Of a stretch of 64,000 bases of DNA, positions 21,617 to 32,545 are shown one piece after another (position 1 is the stretch's first letter; each line of letters starts with the position of its first letter). This DNA comes from Acidobacteriota bacterium. GTDB lineage: Bacteria > Acidobacteriota > Terriglobia > Versatilivoradales > Versatilivoraceae. The stretch is taken from contig JAKEER010000513.1 in the NCBI GenBank assembly GCA_022616615.1, positions 59,300-123,299 on the forward strand. The letters run 5' to 3'. Below the pieces are notes generated by a model that did not search any database, was not told the origin of the DNA, and saw only the letters and a list, made by a program, of their open reading frames with translations. Made by a program: the position numbers and the translations under genes.

Positions 21617-22513
21617 ACTCTGGGGACAGACGATTGGAGGGCAAACCCGGCTTCAGCGCGTCGGTTGATCCTGGTTGTTGCCGGGCGGGCTCAGCTGTCT
21701 TTTTGCCCCTCACTTATAAAGAGAGCTGCGGAAGGAAAAATGTTAATAGAAAAAAAGGGACGCTGCTGGCGCCATTGGACCGATGGAGTGCCTTTCCGCA
21801 AGGGTGGCCACGAAAGCGCGGTGAGGCTTGCGTGGTTTACTCATAAAACTACGCTAGCAATTTTCTTGATTACTTTACCGCCGTCAGCGGCGATGTGATC
21901 AAAAAACTGGTGGTACAAACACTTTGGCCTACCTCACTGACTACGATTGGTCATCTTCGAACTCATACCATCATTGGGCAACCTTCCCACCCTCGAGATC
22001 TGATGTTTTTTCGATTTCAATTCTTGTCGTTTTGAAGAACAACACTCGTATCCATCAAAGAGGCTTCGATTCCAACTTGTACCAGTCCGAAGGAACGTTG
22101 GGAAGTACTGAGTTGGCCACTCTAATCAGTTTCGTGCACAACGCCCTGCAGCTCCGAGCACGGAACCTCAGTACATCACTCCACAATGGAAACCAACGAT
22201 GGTTGCCCTTCATCGGTCTGATGCAAGGAGGTCGTTCTGATACTCGATGGAGTTTTTGGTAGGGACCGGTGAGCGCATCAGGTCCGAACGTACAGAGCCA
22301 AGTTCTACGGTTGTCGAGAGACCACATCTCTGGTCGTGCGAGTGGCGTACAGGTCGGAAGGCCAGAGCCCTCACCTGCTTCTTGGCGAAAACTGCTTTCG
22401 CTCGTCTGCTGTTGATCCGCTCTGCAGGCCCACGAAAAAGCGGTGTTGAAAGAAACCAGATGGTCGCTTAACCGCGTCCTTTCAGCTACTGCCGAACGAC
22501 ATTCATCCGCGGC

Positions 22514-22665
22514 TCAAGCGGCTGGGCGTTCATATCGGTGGTGAAGCCGCCGACCTTTCGGATGGCGACGATCCTTCCGGCCGGTTGCGTTGGCCGATTA
22601 CTGGAGCGTCCTTGTCGAGCGAAAGGTGAGTCCTCGAACCGTGATAGTAGTCGAGGTAGCAGTTA
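22514..22665 (-). mobile_element. Frameshifted C-terminal remnant of an IS481-like integrase-core transposase
   Basis: Reverse-strand translation YLDYYHGSRTHLSLDKDAP / RPTQPAGRIVAIRKVGG / LHHRYERPAA*. Confidence 0.75.
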
Positions 22666-22795
22666 GAAGTCGGTGGCGTGAATAACCCACTCCAAAGGTC
22701 TTCTTGTCGAGAAACGCGTCCACGGCCATCATCGCGCCGAGACTTCCGTTTCTCGCAAGCAGCTAAGACAACGCTGAGATTGTTCTCGAAGTGTA

Positions 22796-22848
22796 TTTCC
22801 TATAGAGAAACTATTATCTTGACACGAATCTAACCTCAAATCTAGTAT
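22796..22848 (+). promoter_or_regulatory. Promoter with shared 15-bp operator (copy 1)
   Basis: TTTCCTATAGAGAAA 22796-22810, 8 nt, TTGACA 22819-22824, TAGTAT 22843-22848. Confidence 0.65.
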
Positions 22849-22914
22849 TAGATTTCTTTGGGAGAATTGCTTAATCAACAAACCTGCGATCTCTCGAGAA
22901 CGGTCGAGGTGTCT

Positions 22915-25900
22915 ATGCGACTTTACGGAACCTTTGTAGCAACGGCCACAATGCTGACGATGTTGCCCGTCGGGGCCTCGGCGCGCGATGATTTGACGGC
23001 CGCTGCACGAGAGTTTTTTGAGACACGGATCCGCCCGGTCTTGGTTGGAGAATGCGCTAGCTGCCACAGCGGAGAGCGGCCGCAGGGTGGCCTGCGGCTC
23101 GACTATCGTGGTGGCTGGGAACGAGGGGGCAAGTCAGGCACGCCGATCGAGCGTGGTAATGTGGACAAGAGCTTGCTCATCAGACTAATTCGCCATGAAT
23201 CCCCAGGAATGCCCATGCCGCTCGGCGGCAAGAAACTGGCGCCGGAAGTGATCGCGGCATTTGAGGAATGGGTGCGAATGGGCGCGCCTGATCCGCGAGA
23301 TACCGCCGCTACAGCGCCCCCCCCGGAGCAGTCATGGGATTCGCTTTTAGGTGACCGGCGGCGGTGGTGGAGCCTGCAACCAGTGGTGCGCCCGGCGGTT
23401 CCTTCGGTCAAGCAATTCAGGTGGTCGAAGCGTGCGGTCGACCGGTTCATTCTGGCAAAGCTGGAAGCGAGAGGTCTTGTCCCCGCACCACGAACCGAAC
23501 GCGCCACGCTGCTGCGGCGTCTAAATTACGTTCTAACCGGTCTGCCACCCACCCCCGAAGAAGTGGACGCCTTCGTTCGCGACCGCAATCCAGCAGCGTA
23601 CTTGATGGCGGTGGACCGGCTGTTGGCTTCGCCCCACTTTGGCGAGCGCTGGGCGCGGCACTGGATGGACGTTATCGGCTACAGCGACACGTATGGCGTG
23701 GAGTGGGATATTCCGGTAAAGGGAGCCTGGCGTTTCCGCGACTACTTGATTCGTGCGTTTAACGCCGATGTCCCGTTCGATCAATTGGTGCGCGAACAGA
23801 TCGCTGGTGATCTCATCCCTCAGCCACGAATCGACCCCAAAGAACAGATCAACGAGTCGCTGATTGGACCGATGTTCTTTCAGATGGGCGAAAAATCCCA
23901 CAACGACAGCCTGCGTTTCAACGGAATCCACCAGCAGATGTTGAGCAGCAAAATCGACGTGTTTTCCAAGGCGTTTCAGGGAACGACCGTGGCGTGCTCG
24001 CGCTGCCATGACCACAAATTCGAGGCTATCTCGCAGCGGGACTACTATGCCTTGGCGGGCATTCTTATGAGTTCCCGTTGGGTTACCAATACGCTCGACA
24101 CACCACAGCGCAACCGGGAGGTGCTCGAACAACTTGTGGCCATCAAACCGAAGCTTCACCCGGTGCTGGCGGACTGGTGGTTTGAAGAAGCAGATCAGAT
24201 TCTCCGGTATTTGCTGGCCGGGCAGGCTTGCATCAACAGTGACACCGACGCTCAAAAACTTTCCGAAGGTCTGGACTCTGATCGTTTGGCCGCAACAAAA
24301 AAGGCGCTGACGGTCTCCGTCGGCGTGAAACCGCCGATAGAGGATGCCCTCTACCCGTGGTTTGAACTGCAGCAGGCGGCCAGCAACAGTAAGTCTCTGG
24401 AGAGTGTGTGGCGGGAACTTGCGGAAATGTATCTGCGAACCCGCGAGGAGCGGATCGCCGCCAACGCTCGTGACTACACCCTGATCGCCGACTTCCGCCA
24501 CGGGATTCCCGCCGGGTGGTCGGTGGACGGTGTTGGTCTGCGCCAAGGGCCCGTGTCTAACGGCGAACTGGCAGTGTCTATAGACGGTCCCTATGCGATA
24601 ACAAGACTGCTCTCTGCCGGTCTTGCCACAGATGGGATGTCGCCGCGGCTCAACGGCGCAGTCCGCACGCCGTACCTGAACCCGTCCGGCCCCCAGCGGG
24701 TGAGTCTGGAGTTGAGTGGGGGGGATTTCGCCACGCATCGCCAAGTTGTCGATAATGCCTTCCTCACCGAGCGGCAAGTGTATCTAACGAACAAGAGCTT
24801 TTATTGGGTGGAGCTGTCGATCTGGGAGGATAAACAAACCCGCGACGGGCTGACGCCGGACGAGAAAGCCGAAATGCGCATCTTCGCTGAAGTAGCAACG
24901 AAGGCGTCGAACCCTAACTTTCCACCACGCGTGGGTTTGGGCGGGAAACTCACTAAAGAACAGGAGCATGACGCGCGCAGTTGGTTCAGCATCGGTCGGG
25001 TGATGCTTCACGACAAAGCCGGTCCCCCGGCTGACGAACTTGCCCGTTTTGCGAACTTGTTCTCCGGCGGCACCCCCACCGACCTTTCCGCTGCTGCGAA
25101 CCGCTACGGCGACTGGCTCGCCACGGCGCTTACCGACTGGAGGCAAGGCCGCGCAGACGAAGAAGATGTCCGGCTCATCAATTGGATGCTCGATAGCGGC
25201 TTACTGCCTAATAAGATGGACGCGCGGCCCGCGGTGCGCGACTTGGTCGCCTCATACCGTAATGCTGAGAAGCAGTTGGCCGAACCGGAGACGGTGAATG
25301 GGATGGCGGACCTGGACGAGGGTCGGGACTACCGCCTAAACATTCGGGGTGTTTATGAAGATCTCGGTGAACGTGTGCCGCGCGGCTATCTGGAAGTTCT
25401 CACGGGTCGCCGTGATGGCCTTGGCACCAATGGAAGCGGCAGACTGCAATTGGCTGACTTGATCGCCAGTCCGAAAAACCCGCTAACAGCTCGAGTCTTT
25501 GTCAACCGCGTGTGGCATTGGGTATTCGGAACCGGCATTGTCGCCACACCCGATGATTTCGGACACTTAGGCGAACCGCCGTCACATCCGGAAATGCTCG
25601 ATTATCTCGCGGACTCGTTTGTGAAGAGAGGCTGGTCATTGAAGAAACTGGTTCGCATGCTCGTGACTAGCGAAACTTTCCAGCAGTCGGGGCAAATCAG
25701 CGTAGGAGGCCGAGCGGCTGACCCTCTCAATCGCCTTCTTCATCACTACCCACTTCGGCGTCTGGACGCAGAATCAGTGCAAGACTACCTGCTATGGGTT
25801 TCCACTCGGCTAAACCCTCGCCTGTTCGGCGATCCGATCAATCCTGCACGAACGAAGGAAGATCCGACTAAACGTTTGTTTTCCGGGCCGGTTGACGCTG

Positions 25901-26331
25901 ACGGTCGCCGGTCTATCTATGTGAAAATGACCATCATGGACCCACCCAAGTTTTTGGCAACATTCAACCAGCCAAGCCCGAAGATTCTCACCGGCAGGCG
26001 TGATGTCACCAACGTGCCTGCACAAGCGTTGGCTCTGTTGAATGACCCATTCGTTACCGCACAGGCCGAATACTGGGCGCGCCAACTTATCGTCTCACCG
26101 CACTCAACACCTGAAGAGCGGTTGACGGCCATGTTCCGGCGTGCGTTCGGGCGTGCTCCGAGCACATGGGAATTGACGCGCTGGACCAAGGCGGTCCGGG
26201 ACATGGCATTGGCTTATCGGGATAGTCCTGGATTGGCTCCCAAATCGGACGAAATCATGCAGTCACTACCGGTCTGGAAGAGTACGGCGCACGCAATCTT
26301 CAACACCAAGGAGTTCCTCTATGTCCGCTAA
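22915..26331 (+). CDS. Planctomycete-type cytochrome c / DUF1549 (PSCyt2) / DUF1553 (PSD1) protein
   Basis: FFETRIRPVL..CASCH, WSLQP, LLRRL..LTGLPPT, FGERWARHWMD, CSRCHDHKFE, NPLTARVFVNRVW, PSHPEMLDYLA, QALALLN. RBS GAGG before ATG 22915. Confidence 0.93.
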   Translation: MRLYGTFVATATMLTMLPVGASARDDLTAAAREFFETRIRPVLVGECASCHSGERPQGGLRLDYRGGWERGGKSGTPIERGNVDKSLLIRLIRHESPGMPMPLGGKKLAPEVIAAFEEWVRMGAPDPRDTAATAPPPEQSWDSLLGDRRRWWSLQPVVRPAVPSVKQFRWSKRAVDRFILAKLEARGLVPAPRTERATLLRRLNYVLTGLPPTPEEVDAFVRDRNPAAYLMAVDRLLASPHFGERWARHWMDVIGYSDTYGVEWDIPVKGAWRFRDYLIRAFNADVPFDQLVREQIAGDLIPQPRIDPKEQINESLIGPMFFQMGEKSHNDSLRFNGIHQQMLSSKIDVFSKAFQGTTVACSRCHDHKFEAISQRDYYALAGILMSSRWVTNTLDTPQRNREVLEQLVAIKPKLHPVLADWWFEEADQILRYLLAGQACINSDTDAQKLSEGLDSDRLAATKKALTVSVGVKPPIEDALYPWFELQQAASNSKSLESVWRELAEMYLRTREERIAANARDYTLIADFRHGIPAGWSVDGVGLRQGPVSNGELAVSIDGPYAITRLLSAGLATDGMSPRLNGAVRTPYLNPSGPQRVSLELSGGDFATHRQVVDNAFLTERQVYLTNKSFYWVELSIWEDKQTRDGLTPDEKAEMRIFAEVATKASNPNFPPRVGLGGKLTKEQEHDARSWFSIGRVMLHDKAGPPADELARFANLFSGGTPTDLSAAANRYGDWLATALTDWRQGRADEEDVRLINWMLDSGLLPNKMDARPAVRDLVASYRNAEKQLAEPETVNGMADLDEGRDYRLNIRGVYEDLGERVPRGYLEVLTGRRDGLGTNGSGRLQLADLIASPKNPLTARVFVNRVWHWVFGTGIVATPDDFGHLGEPPSHPEMLDYLADSFVKRGWSLKKLVRMLVTSETFQQSGQISVGGRAADPLNRLLHHYPLRRLDAESVQDYLLWVSTRLNPRLFGDPINPARTKEDPTKRLFSGPVDADGRRSIYVKMTIMDPPKFLATFNQPSPKILTGRRDVTNVPAQALALLNDPFVTAQAEYWARQLIVSPHSTPEERLTAMFRRAFGRAPSTWELTRWTKAVRDMALAYRDSPGLAPKSDEIMQSLPVWKSTAHAIFNTKEFLYVR

Positions 26332-27754
26332 AATTCCGTTTGCTTCTTTTCCGATGACGCGCCGCGAGTGGCTGCGCCAATCATCCAACGGATTTGGCAT
26401 GCTTGCTCTTTCCGCCCTGATGGCTGAACAGGCGCGCGGGGCGCACTCGGCCACCAAGGCGATTAGGCCGCACTTTCCTCCAAAAGCCAAGAGCGTGATC
26501 ATGTGCTTTATGGACGGGGGCCCCAGCCACGTGGACACTTTCGATCCGAAGCCACTCCTGAAAAAGCGTCAGGGCGAGAAGATCGGCCAGTCAGCGGTTT
26601 CGACCAAATCGCAATCTACACCGGACCGCGTCTGGCTGGGCAGCCCCTGGGAATTTCGTCAGCGCGGGCAAAGCGGTCTTTGGGTCAGCGATCTGCTACC
26701 GCACATTGCGAATGTCGCCGACGAGTTATGTGTGGTTCGATCTATTGTGGGACTACAGCCGGTGCACGCCCAGCAAAATTTGCTCTTTCATACCGGGCGG
26801 CCAACGGGTAGTGCACCTACTTTCGGTTCGTGGGTGTCCTATGGTCTCGGCAATCCGTCGGACAATCTTCCGAACTATATGCTTCTCTTCAGCGAATGGG
26901 TCCCCAACGGAGGCCTTGAGAACTTCTCAAGTGCGTTCTTGCCCGCAACCCACGCACCCACCGTTCTACGCACACAAGGTGTACCGATGGACAACATTGT
27001 TCCCTCTGATCCAGCCACGGTGCAGGAACAGAAGCTCGCTCTGCTCAGTGATCAGGATGCAGCCTTTGCACGGGCGACCGGCGACGATGCCATCGAGTCG
27101 GCCATTAAGAACTATGAAACAGCGTTTCGCCTTCAAGCGATGATTCCGGAACTGGCCGACGTGAGCGGAGAATCCGAGGCGACTCGCCGAATGTACGGCC
27201 TCGATGCGGACAATGATGCCAAGAAGGGTTATGGCCTCCAGTGCCTCCGTGCGCGGCGTCTAGTGGAGGCTGGCGTGCGATTTGTCGAGATCACCTGTCC
27301 GCTGACCCACCCGAACAACGGGCCGTGGGACCAGCATCAAAACCTGAAAAAGTATCATGAAGAGAACGCGATGATCATGGATCAGGGCGTCGCGGCTCTC
27401 ATCAAGGACCTGAAACAAAGGGGACTCCTGGACTCAACCGTCGTCTTGTGGGCAGGAGAAATGGGACGTACCCCCCACACCCCTAAAATTACCGAGACGG
27501 TTGGGCGCGACCACCACGTGAACGGCTACTCGATCTTCGTCGCGGGCGGCGGATTCAAGCGAGGCGTCACGTACGGGAGTACTGATGAGTTCGGAAACAG
27601 CGTGGCGGAACAGCCGGCTACAATTCACGACATTCATGCAACCATCCTGCACCAACTTGGCCTCGATCACCAACGGCTGACCTTTCGGTTCGGAGGCCGC
27701 GACATGAGCCTCACCGACGTTCACGGCCACCTGATCCACGAACTCCTGGCATAA
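26321..27754 (+). CDS. DUF1501 family protein
   Basis: TRREWL Tat-like signal, AKSVIMCFMDGGPSHVDTFDPKP, ARRLVEAGVRFVE, GEMGRTP, GRDHH. Confidence 0.93.
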   Translation: MSAKIPFASFPMTRREWLRQSSNGFGMLALSALMAEQARGAHSATKAIRPHFPPKAKSVIMCFMDGGPSHVDTFDPKPLLKKRQGEKIGQSAVSTKSQSTPDRVWLGSPWEFRQRGQSGLWVSDLLPHIANVADELCVVRSIVGLQPVHAQQNLLFHTGRPTGSAPTFGSWVSYGLGNPSDNLPNYMLLFSEWVPNGGLENFSSAFLPATHAPTVLRTQGVPMDNIVPSDPATVQEQKLALLSDQDAAFARATGDDAIESAIKNYETAFRLQAMIPELADVSGESEATRRMYGLDADNDAKKGYGLQCLRARRLVEAGVRFVEITCPLTHPNNGPWDQHQNLKKYHEENAMIMDQGVAALIKDLKQRGLLDSTVVLWAGEMGRTPHTPKITETVGRDHHVNGYSIFVAGGGFKRGVTYGSTDEFGNSVAEQPATIHDIHATILHQLGLDHQRLTFRFGGRDMSLTDVHGHLIHELLA

Positions 27755-27864
27755 GCCAAGTCTGTTGCTGGAGCCGTTTTACGATTGAGGAAACTGGGCC
27801 ACGCATCTATAAGTTATAAGTCAGCTTCTTTCTCTCAAGAGTTTGGAATCGTCGAGGCTACGGA

Positions 27865-28902
27865 ATGATCGTGCATTCTGAATTCGCAGAAGGAATCCTT
27901 TGGGTTCTGCTGAGTGCCTTCGGAAACGGTTCGTTTGGGCTGTTCCTTAAGTACAACCGCGATTGGAAGTGGGAACACATGTGGTTGATTTACTCTCTAT
28001 TAGCCATGGTCGTGATCCCATGGACGATGGGCTTCGCGACAGTCCCAGGTTTGCCTCAAATCCTCGGTTCAGTGCGCGATGCCGACCTCGCCCTTGTGTT
28101 TCTTTACGGCTTGGGATGGGGAGTGGGCGCAGTGCTCTATGGATTGGCGTTGAATATGGTGGGGCTAGCTCTCACTTATGCCATCGCGGGAGGACTCGCG
28201 ACGGCCTGCGGCTCTCTGTTGCCATTGGTCTTACTGCATCCTCTGGAATTGCTGACGATGCGGGGACTTATGATTATAGGTGGAGTCTCTCTCATTGTAA
28301 TCGGAGTGGGAATATCCTCCTGGGCAGCCCACCTGAAAGCGACAGCTTTCACACGAAAGTCTGGCGATGTCTTGGCGCTTTCGGAGCGGAGAAGTCTATT
28401 TTCCGGCATTCTCGTGGCCATCGCTGCAGGACTATTGACTTCCATGTTGAACCTTAGCTTCGCGTATGGAGCTCCTTTAGGAAAAATCGCGGTGAACCAC
28501 GGAACCCATCCGTTGTTTGCAGCAAACCTTATATGGATTGTGGCTTTACCCGCTGGCTTTCTTGCAAACGCTGCATATTGTGCTCATTTGATTCGCAAGG
28601 GACAGTCGTGGAGCCTCTTTTCCAGTCACTGGACCCCTTTTGGCCTCGCTCTTGGCATGGCGCTGCTGTGGTCAGCCGGATACATTTTCTATGGTTTTGC
28701 AGGCTCGAAACTTGGTGAACTAGCGGCTGTGGTGGGGTGGCCATTGATGTCGTCCCTGACGATCTTGACCGCGAACTTCTGGGGTGCAGTTTCCGGTGAA
28801 TGGGCTAGGAGCGGGACAAAACCCCGCCTCGTGATGAGTGGTGCTGTATTCTTGCTCTGTGTGGGAATGTTTATCGTTGGGGGGGCTGAATCTGGCAGGT
28901 GA
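27865..28902 (+). CDS. RhaT-family (L-rhamnose/H+ symporter-like, DMT superfamily) sugar transporter
   Basis: About 10 TM helices, NGSF..P-like WKWEHMW, GLGWGVG, NFWGAVSGEW. Confidence 0.85.
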   Translation: MIVHSEFAEGILWVLLSAFGNGSFGLFLKYNRDWKWEHMWLIYSLLAMVVIPWTMGFATVPGLPQILGSVRDADLALVFLYGLGWGVGAVLYGLALNMVGLALTYAIAGGLATACGSLLPLVLLHPLELLTMRGLMIIGGVSLIVIGVGISSWAAHLKATAFTRKSGDVLALSERRSLFSGILVAIAAGLLTSMLNLSFAYGAPLGKIAVNHGTHPLFAANLIWIVALPAGFLANAAYCAHLIRKGQSWSLFSSHWTPFGLALGMALLWSAGYIFYGFAGSKLGELAAVVGWPLMSSLTILTANFWGAVSGEWARSGTKPRLVMSGAVFLLCVGMFIVGGAESGR

Positions 28903-29104
28903 TTGTTTACACGCGTCTCGACCGCGTTTCGGGCCAGAAAGCATGAAGTGAACTGGCGTTGCCCAACTGTTTGGCAAGGCGAGTTCTGTCTTGCCGATGG
29001 CACGATGCTGGTGGACTTGTTTCGCACCATGTATGAGGTGCTCCGCCAGAGGAGCAGAACCAATGCCCTTAGTCGCGCGCCAGGTTCTATCTGAGGAGTT
29101 CTTT

Positions 29105-30076
29105 ATGAGATTGAATCGACCTGTTTCAGCTCTCTTCGGTCTGCTTGCCGTGTTGTGTGGTGTCCATACTGGGGGCACACCATCAGCAAAAGCTGTTCTG
29201 CCCCATCGCCTATTGCTCGTTGCCAGCGAGGGATTATATATAATGGAGCGAGACGGTTCCTGCTCCTGGTCCTACAACGTGCCTCGCATCAATGGGCGTA
29301 GCAACTTGGAGTTTGACGACCTTGTGTACGACGGGCAGGCGCTTTCGGACGGCCACTTCCTGTATGCTGCGCACCGATATGTCCGTGAAGTGGATCACGA
29401 TGGGAAGACTTTGTGGGAGTACCGGGTGACCGGCGCGCATGAGGTGAAATCTTTTGCGTTGGGACCGGATGGCACCGTGGCTGTGCCGCACAGTGGCGAA
29501 CAAGCCATCCTCGAACTGGAACGGGGCACCGGGCGTGAACTCAAACGCATTCCACTGCCGGCTGAAGGAAGCTATCATACTCGCTACAACCTGCTGCGTC
29601 TCACGCCGGAGGGTACATATCTCCTGGCGCTGGTCGCGGAAAAGCGTTGTGTGGAAGTGGACCGTTCCGGTAAGGTGCTGCGGTCATTCGCCGTTCCTGG
29701 TAGACCTACTGTGGCCCGAAGACTACCAGACGGCAGTACCGTGGTCAGCGGCGAGTTTGGCATCCGGCGTTTTGGAGCCGACGGAGCAAAGCAGTGGAGC
29801 TTTGACCAGGCTGATACGGCGGGGCAGTTCTTGCTGATGTGGCCGTACGGCACAATACCATTGGAAGGCGGACGGCTCATGGTGGTGAATTCCGATTGGC
29901 ACTACAAGGAAGCAGGCTCGAACCGCGTACCACTGTTCATCGTAGGCGAAGACAAGCGGGTCGAATGGAGTCTGGACGTCAAGGCGTTCGAGCCGTGGAA
30001 AAAGAGCGAGACGGAGCCCCGTTCTGGGCTAAAGGAACACCGCCTCATGGTTGTCCAGTTGCTCACCGACAAATGA
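29105..30076 (+). CDS. Exported beta-propeller protein of unknown function
   Basis: RBS GAGGAG before ATG 29105, signal peptide, blade repeats EVDHDGKTLWEY / EVDRSGKVLRSF / ARRLPDGSTVV. Confidence 0.75.
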   Translation: MRLNRPVSALFGLLAVLCGVHTGGTPSAKAVLPHRLLLVASEGLYIMERDGSCSWSYNVPRINGRSNLEFDDLVYDGQALSDGHFLYAAHRYVREVDHDGKTLWEYRVTGAHEVKSFALGPDGTVAVPHSGEQAILELERGTGRELKRIPLPAEGSYHTRYNLLRLTPEGTYLLALVAEKRCVEVDRSGKVLRSFAVPGRPTVARRLPDGSTVVSGEFGIRRFGADGAKQWSFDQADTAGQFLLMWPYGTIPLEGGRLMVVNSDWHYKEAGSNRVPLFIVGEDKRVEWSLDVKAFEPWKKSETEPRSGLKEHRLMVVQLLTDK

Positions 30077-30291
30077 CGAGGCTGAAGATCTCACGGAAAA
30101 GGAGTCGCTTGCGGGGCGCGACGATCTTTTCTTTCACTTCGTGCGGAATCCGTTGCTTGATGCTACCAACCGGCGATCCGGGCAGGCTAATGACCGACAT
30201 GAGGGTGGTCTGCACAGCGGCGCGTAAGAGCAAGTGACCGGCAGTAACTGACAATTCTTGCACGTCATCTTATTAACCAATCAAGTTGTTC

Positions 30292-31125
30292 CTAGAGGTT
30301 GACCTTGCCCGTCCTAAGTACCTGGCGGGCTCTCCTGACTACAGCTTCGTCCACCATCCTTCCGTCCAGGGTCAGCACGCCAGACCTGTTTGCCGAAAAG
30401 GCTGCGAGTACCTTTTGCGCATTGTCTATTTCAGCTTCAGTTGGCGAGAAGAGTTCGTTGAGTATCGGAACCTGCGCCGGATGAATCGCCAGCTTCCCTG
30501 TAAAACCCAGATTCCGGGCCGCTTGAGCTTCACCCTGTAGCTTTGTGCCGTCACTCCAATCCAAACAGGGCGAGTCAATCGCCTCTAACCCGAACGCCTT
30601 GCTGGCTGTGACAACAGTGGAGCGTGCGAAGAGCAGCTCAACGTCTCCTGGGGTTCGAGAGATCCCAACATCTGCACAATAATCCTCAGAACCAAATACG
30701 AGACTAGACATCCTGGAGCAACTAGAGGCGATTTGAGGAGCGTTTAGTATTCCGGCGGCGGATTCTATGAGGGCGAGAATCTTCATCTGACCCCCTGCGT
30801 CCTGGTGATCCAGAACTTCCGCCAAGACCATGGTTTCTTGTGCCGACTGACACTTGCTAAGAAGAATCCCATCCGCACGCAGGTTTCTAAGCGCCCTGCA
30901 ATCCTCTTGAAAGTCCTTGGTGTCGACCCGATTGAAGCGTACCAAGACCGTTGCCTGAAACTGCCAGTTTTCCGACATCAAGGATGTGGTCAGGGATCTG
31001 GCCACATCCTTGTCCGCAGGCAGCACAGAATCCTCCCAGTCAAAAATTAAACCGTCCGCTGGGATCTCAGCAGCCTTTAGAAGCTTCTTTCTGTCATTGC
31101 CAGGCACAAACAAAAGACTTCGCAA
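30292..31125 (-). CDS. CitE/HpcH-HpaI family CoA-ester lyase
   Basis: RSLLFVPG, DWEDSV, LIESAAG, FGSEDY, GFTGKLAIHPAQ, LDGRMVD. Confidence 0.92.
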   Translation of the reverse strand: MRSLLFVPGNDRKKLLKAAEIPADGLIFDWEDSVLPADKDVARSLTTSLMSENWQFQATVLVRFNRVDTKDFQEDCRALRNLRADGILLSKCQSAQETMVLAEVLDHQDAGGQMKILALIESAAGILNAPQIASSCSRMSSLVFGSEDYCADVGISRTPGDVELLFARSTVVTASKAFGLEAIDSPCLDWSDGTKLQGEAQAARNLGFTGKLAIHPAQVPILNELFSPTEAEIDNAQKVLAAFSANRSGVLTLDGRMVDEAVVRRARQVLRTGKVNL

Positions 31126-31338
31126 TGGTGTGTCACCTCAGCAATGATCCACGGCGGACAAAATGGCCACTGCACGGCAATTTGTTGTGAAGTTTCAAGT
31201 GCACCGTGTGTTTCTTAGCAGTAAAAAGAATGTATTGCAAGTAACATTTAAATCGTCTAGTATCACACCTGAATCTGTTAACGAAAGGCAGGCTTGCTAG
31301 TCTTCGGGGTTTGTTTCCTCGCGAAAGCAACAGAACTC

Positions 31339-32526
31339 ATGCCGGTTCCCGTCACCATTCCCAAGGCAACACTCTCTATGGAGGAGGGTATGATTGCCAG
31401 GTGGCTTAAGGCAGAGGGGCAATTAGTTGCCCAAGGAGATCCTCTTTTCGAGCTGGAAACCGACAAGGCAGTAGCTGAAGTGGAGTCTCCCGTCAACGGC
31501 ACTTTGTTGCGGATCATTATTCCTGAAGGATCCGTTAGGGTCGAGCAGATTGTTGCATGGGTTGGAGAACCTGGCGAGCCTATGGACGAAACGTCGACGG
31601 CACCAGTATCTGGAAAAATCGAGGAGGGAACAGAATCCACTTCAAAGCTGCCTGCTAGTCATCCTAGCGCGAGAGTAGCAAGGCTGCCCACGCCCGCAGC
31701 GCGTAGGCGAGCGAGAGAATTGGGCATCGTGCTCACAAAGATCACAGGAACAGGCCCTGAAGGAAGAATCACTGAAGGAGATGTCGAGAAGTTGCATCAA
31801 ATGCAGATTGGTGAGGCTTCGACACGCACCTCTCCAAAGCAGTTCCGACGCGGCGTTCTGATTCGCAAACTCACTGCATCATGGCAGAGTATCCCGCATA
31901 TTCACATTGCGCGACACATGGACGCGGGTGGCTTGATTTCAGCTAGGCCAGTCGCGAAGTCACGGTTTTCTCCCGATGTGTCCGTGACGGATTTGATCCT
32001 CTTTGTTCTTTCTAGAGTCCTTCCAAAATTCCCGCCGCTCATGACGGTATGGAAAGGTGAGGAACTCATCATACAAACTTCTCTCAACCTCGCCTTGGTG
32101 GTTGACACGGCGGCTGGAGTCGTGGCCCCGGTAATACACAATATTTGCGACCTCGACATCGGCCAGATTTGCTCGAGCAGGCAAGAGCTTGTGGACGCTG
32201 CACGTTTACATCGATTAAGAGTTGAGCAGATGGAGGATGGCTCATTTACGTTGACCAATCTTGGGATGCACGATGTGGATTACTTCGCACCTATCATCAA
32301 TTCGCCACAGAGCGCCATTTTGGCCGTCGGGCGAATCTCTGAAGAGCCGGTGGTTGTTGGCGGTAAAGTTGTGGCAGGCTGGCGAATGTGGGCTAACTTG
32401 GCACTAGATCACCGAGTCGCAGATGGAATGCTTGCGGCCCGTTTCCTGTCTGAGCTACAGGCCTCATTTGACGGGTTATCTCAAGTCTTAAGCCAGTCGA
32501 GTCACCCCGAAAAGATTCAGTCGTAA
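31339..32526 (+). CDS. 2-oxoacid/acetoin dehydrogenase E2 dihydrolipoamide acyltransferase
   Basis: Lipoyl domain ETDKA, PSBD (PAARRRARELGI..GTGPEGRIT), catalytic DHRVADG. Promoter TTGCAA-17-TAGTAT at 31235-31263. Confidence 0.92.
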   Translation: MPVPVTIPKATLSMEEGMIARWLKAEGQLVAQGDPLFELETDKAVAEVESPVNGTLLRIIIPEGSVRVEQIVAWVGEPGEPMDETSTAPVSGKIEEGTESTSKLPASHPSARVARLPTPAARRRARELGIVLTKITGTGPEGRITEGDVEKLHQMQIGEASTRTSPKQFRRGVLIRKLTASWQSIPHIHIARHMDAGGLISARPVAKSRFSPDVSVTDLILFVLSRVLPKFPPLMTVWKGEELIIQTSLNLALVVDTAAGVVAPVIHNICDLDIGQICSSRQELVDAARLHRLRVEQMEDGSFTLTNLGMHDVDYFAPIINSPQSAILAVGRISEEPVVVGGKVVAGWRMWANLALDHRVADGMLAARFLSELQASFDGLSQVLSQSSHPEKIQS

Positions 32527-32545
32527 CTCGCAATCGGAGATCTCA

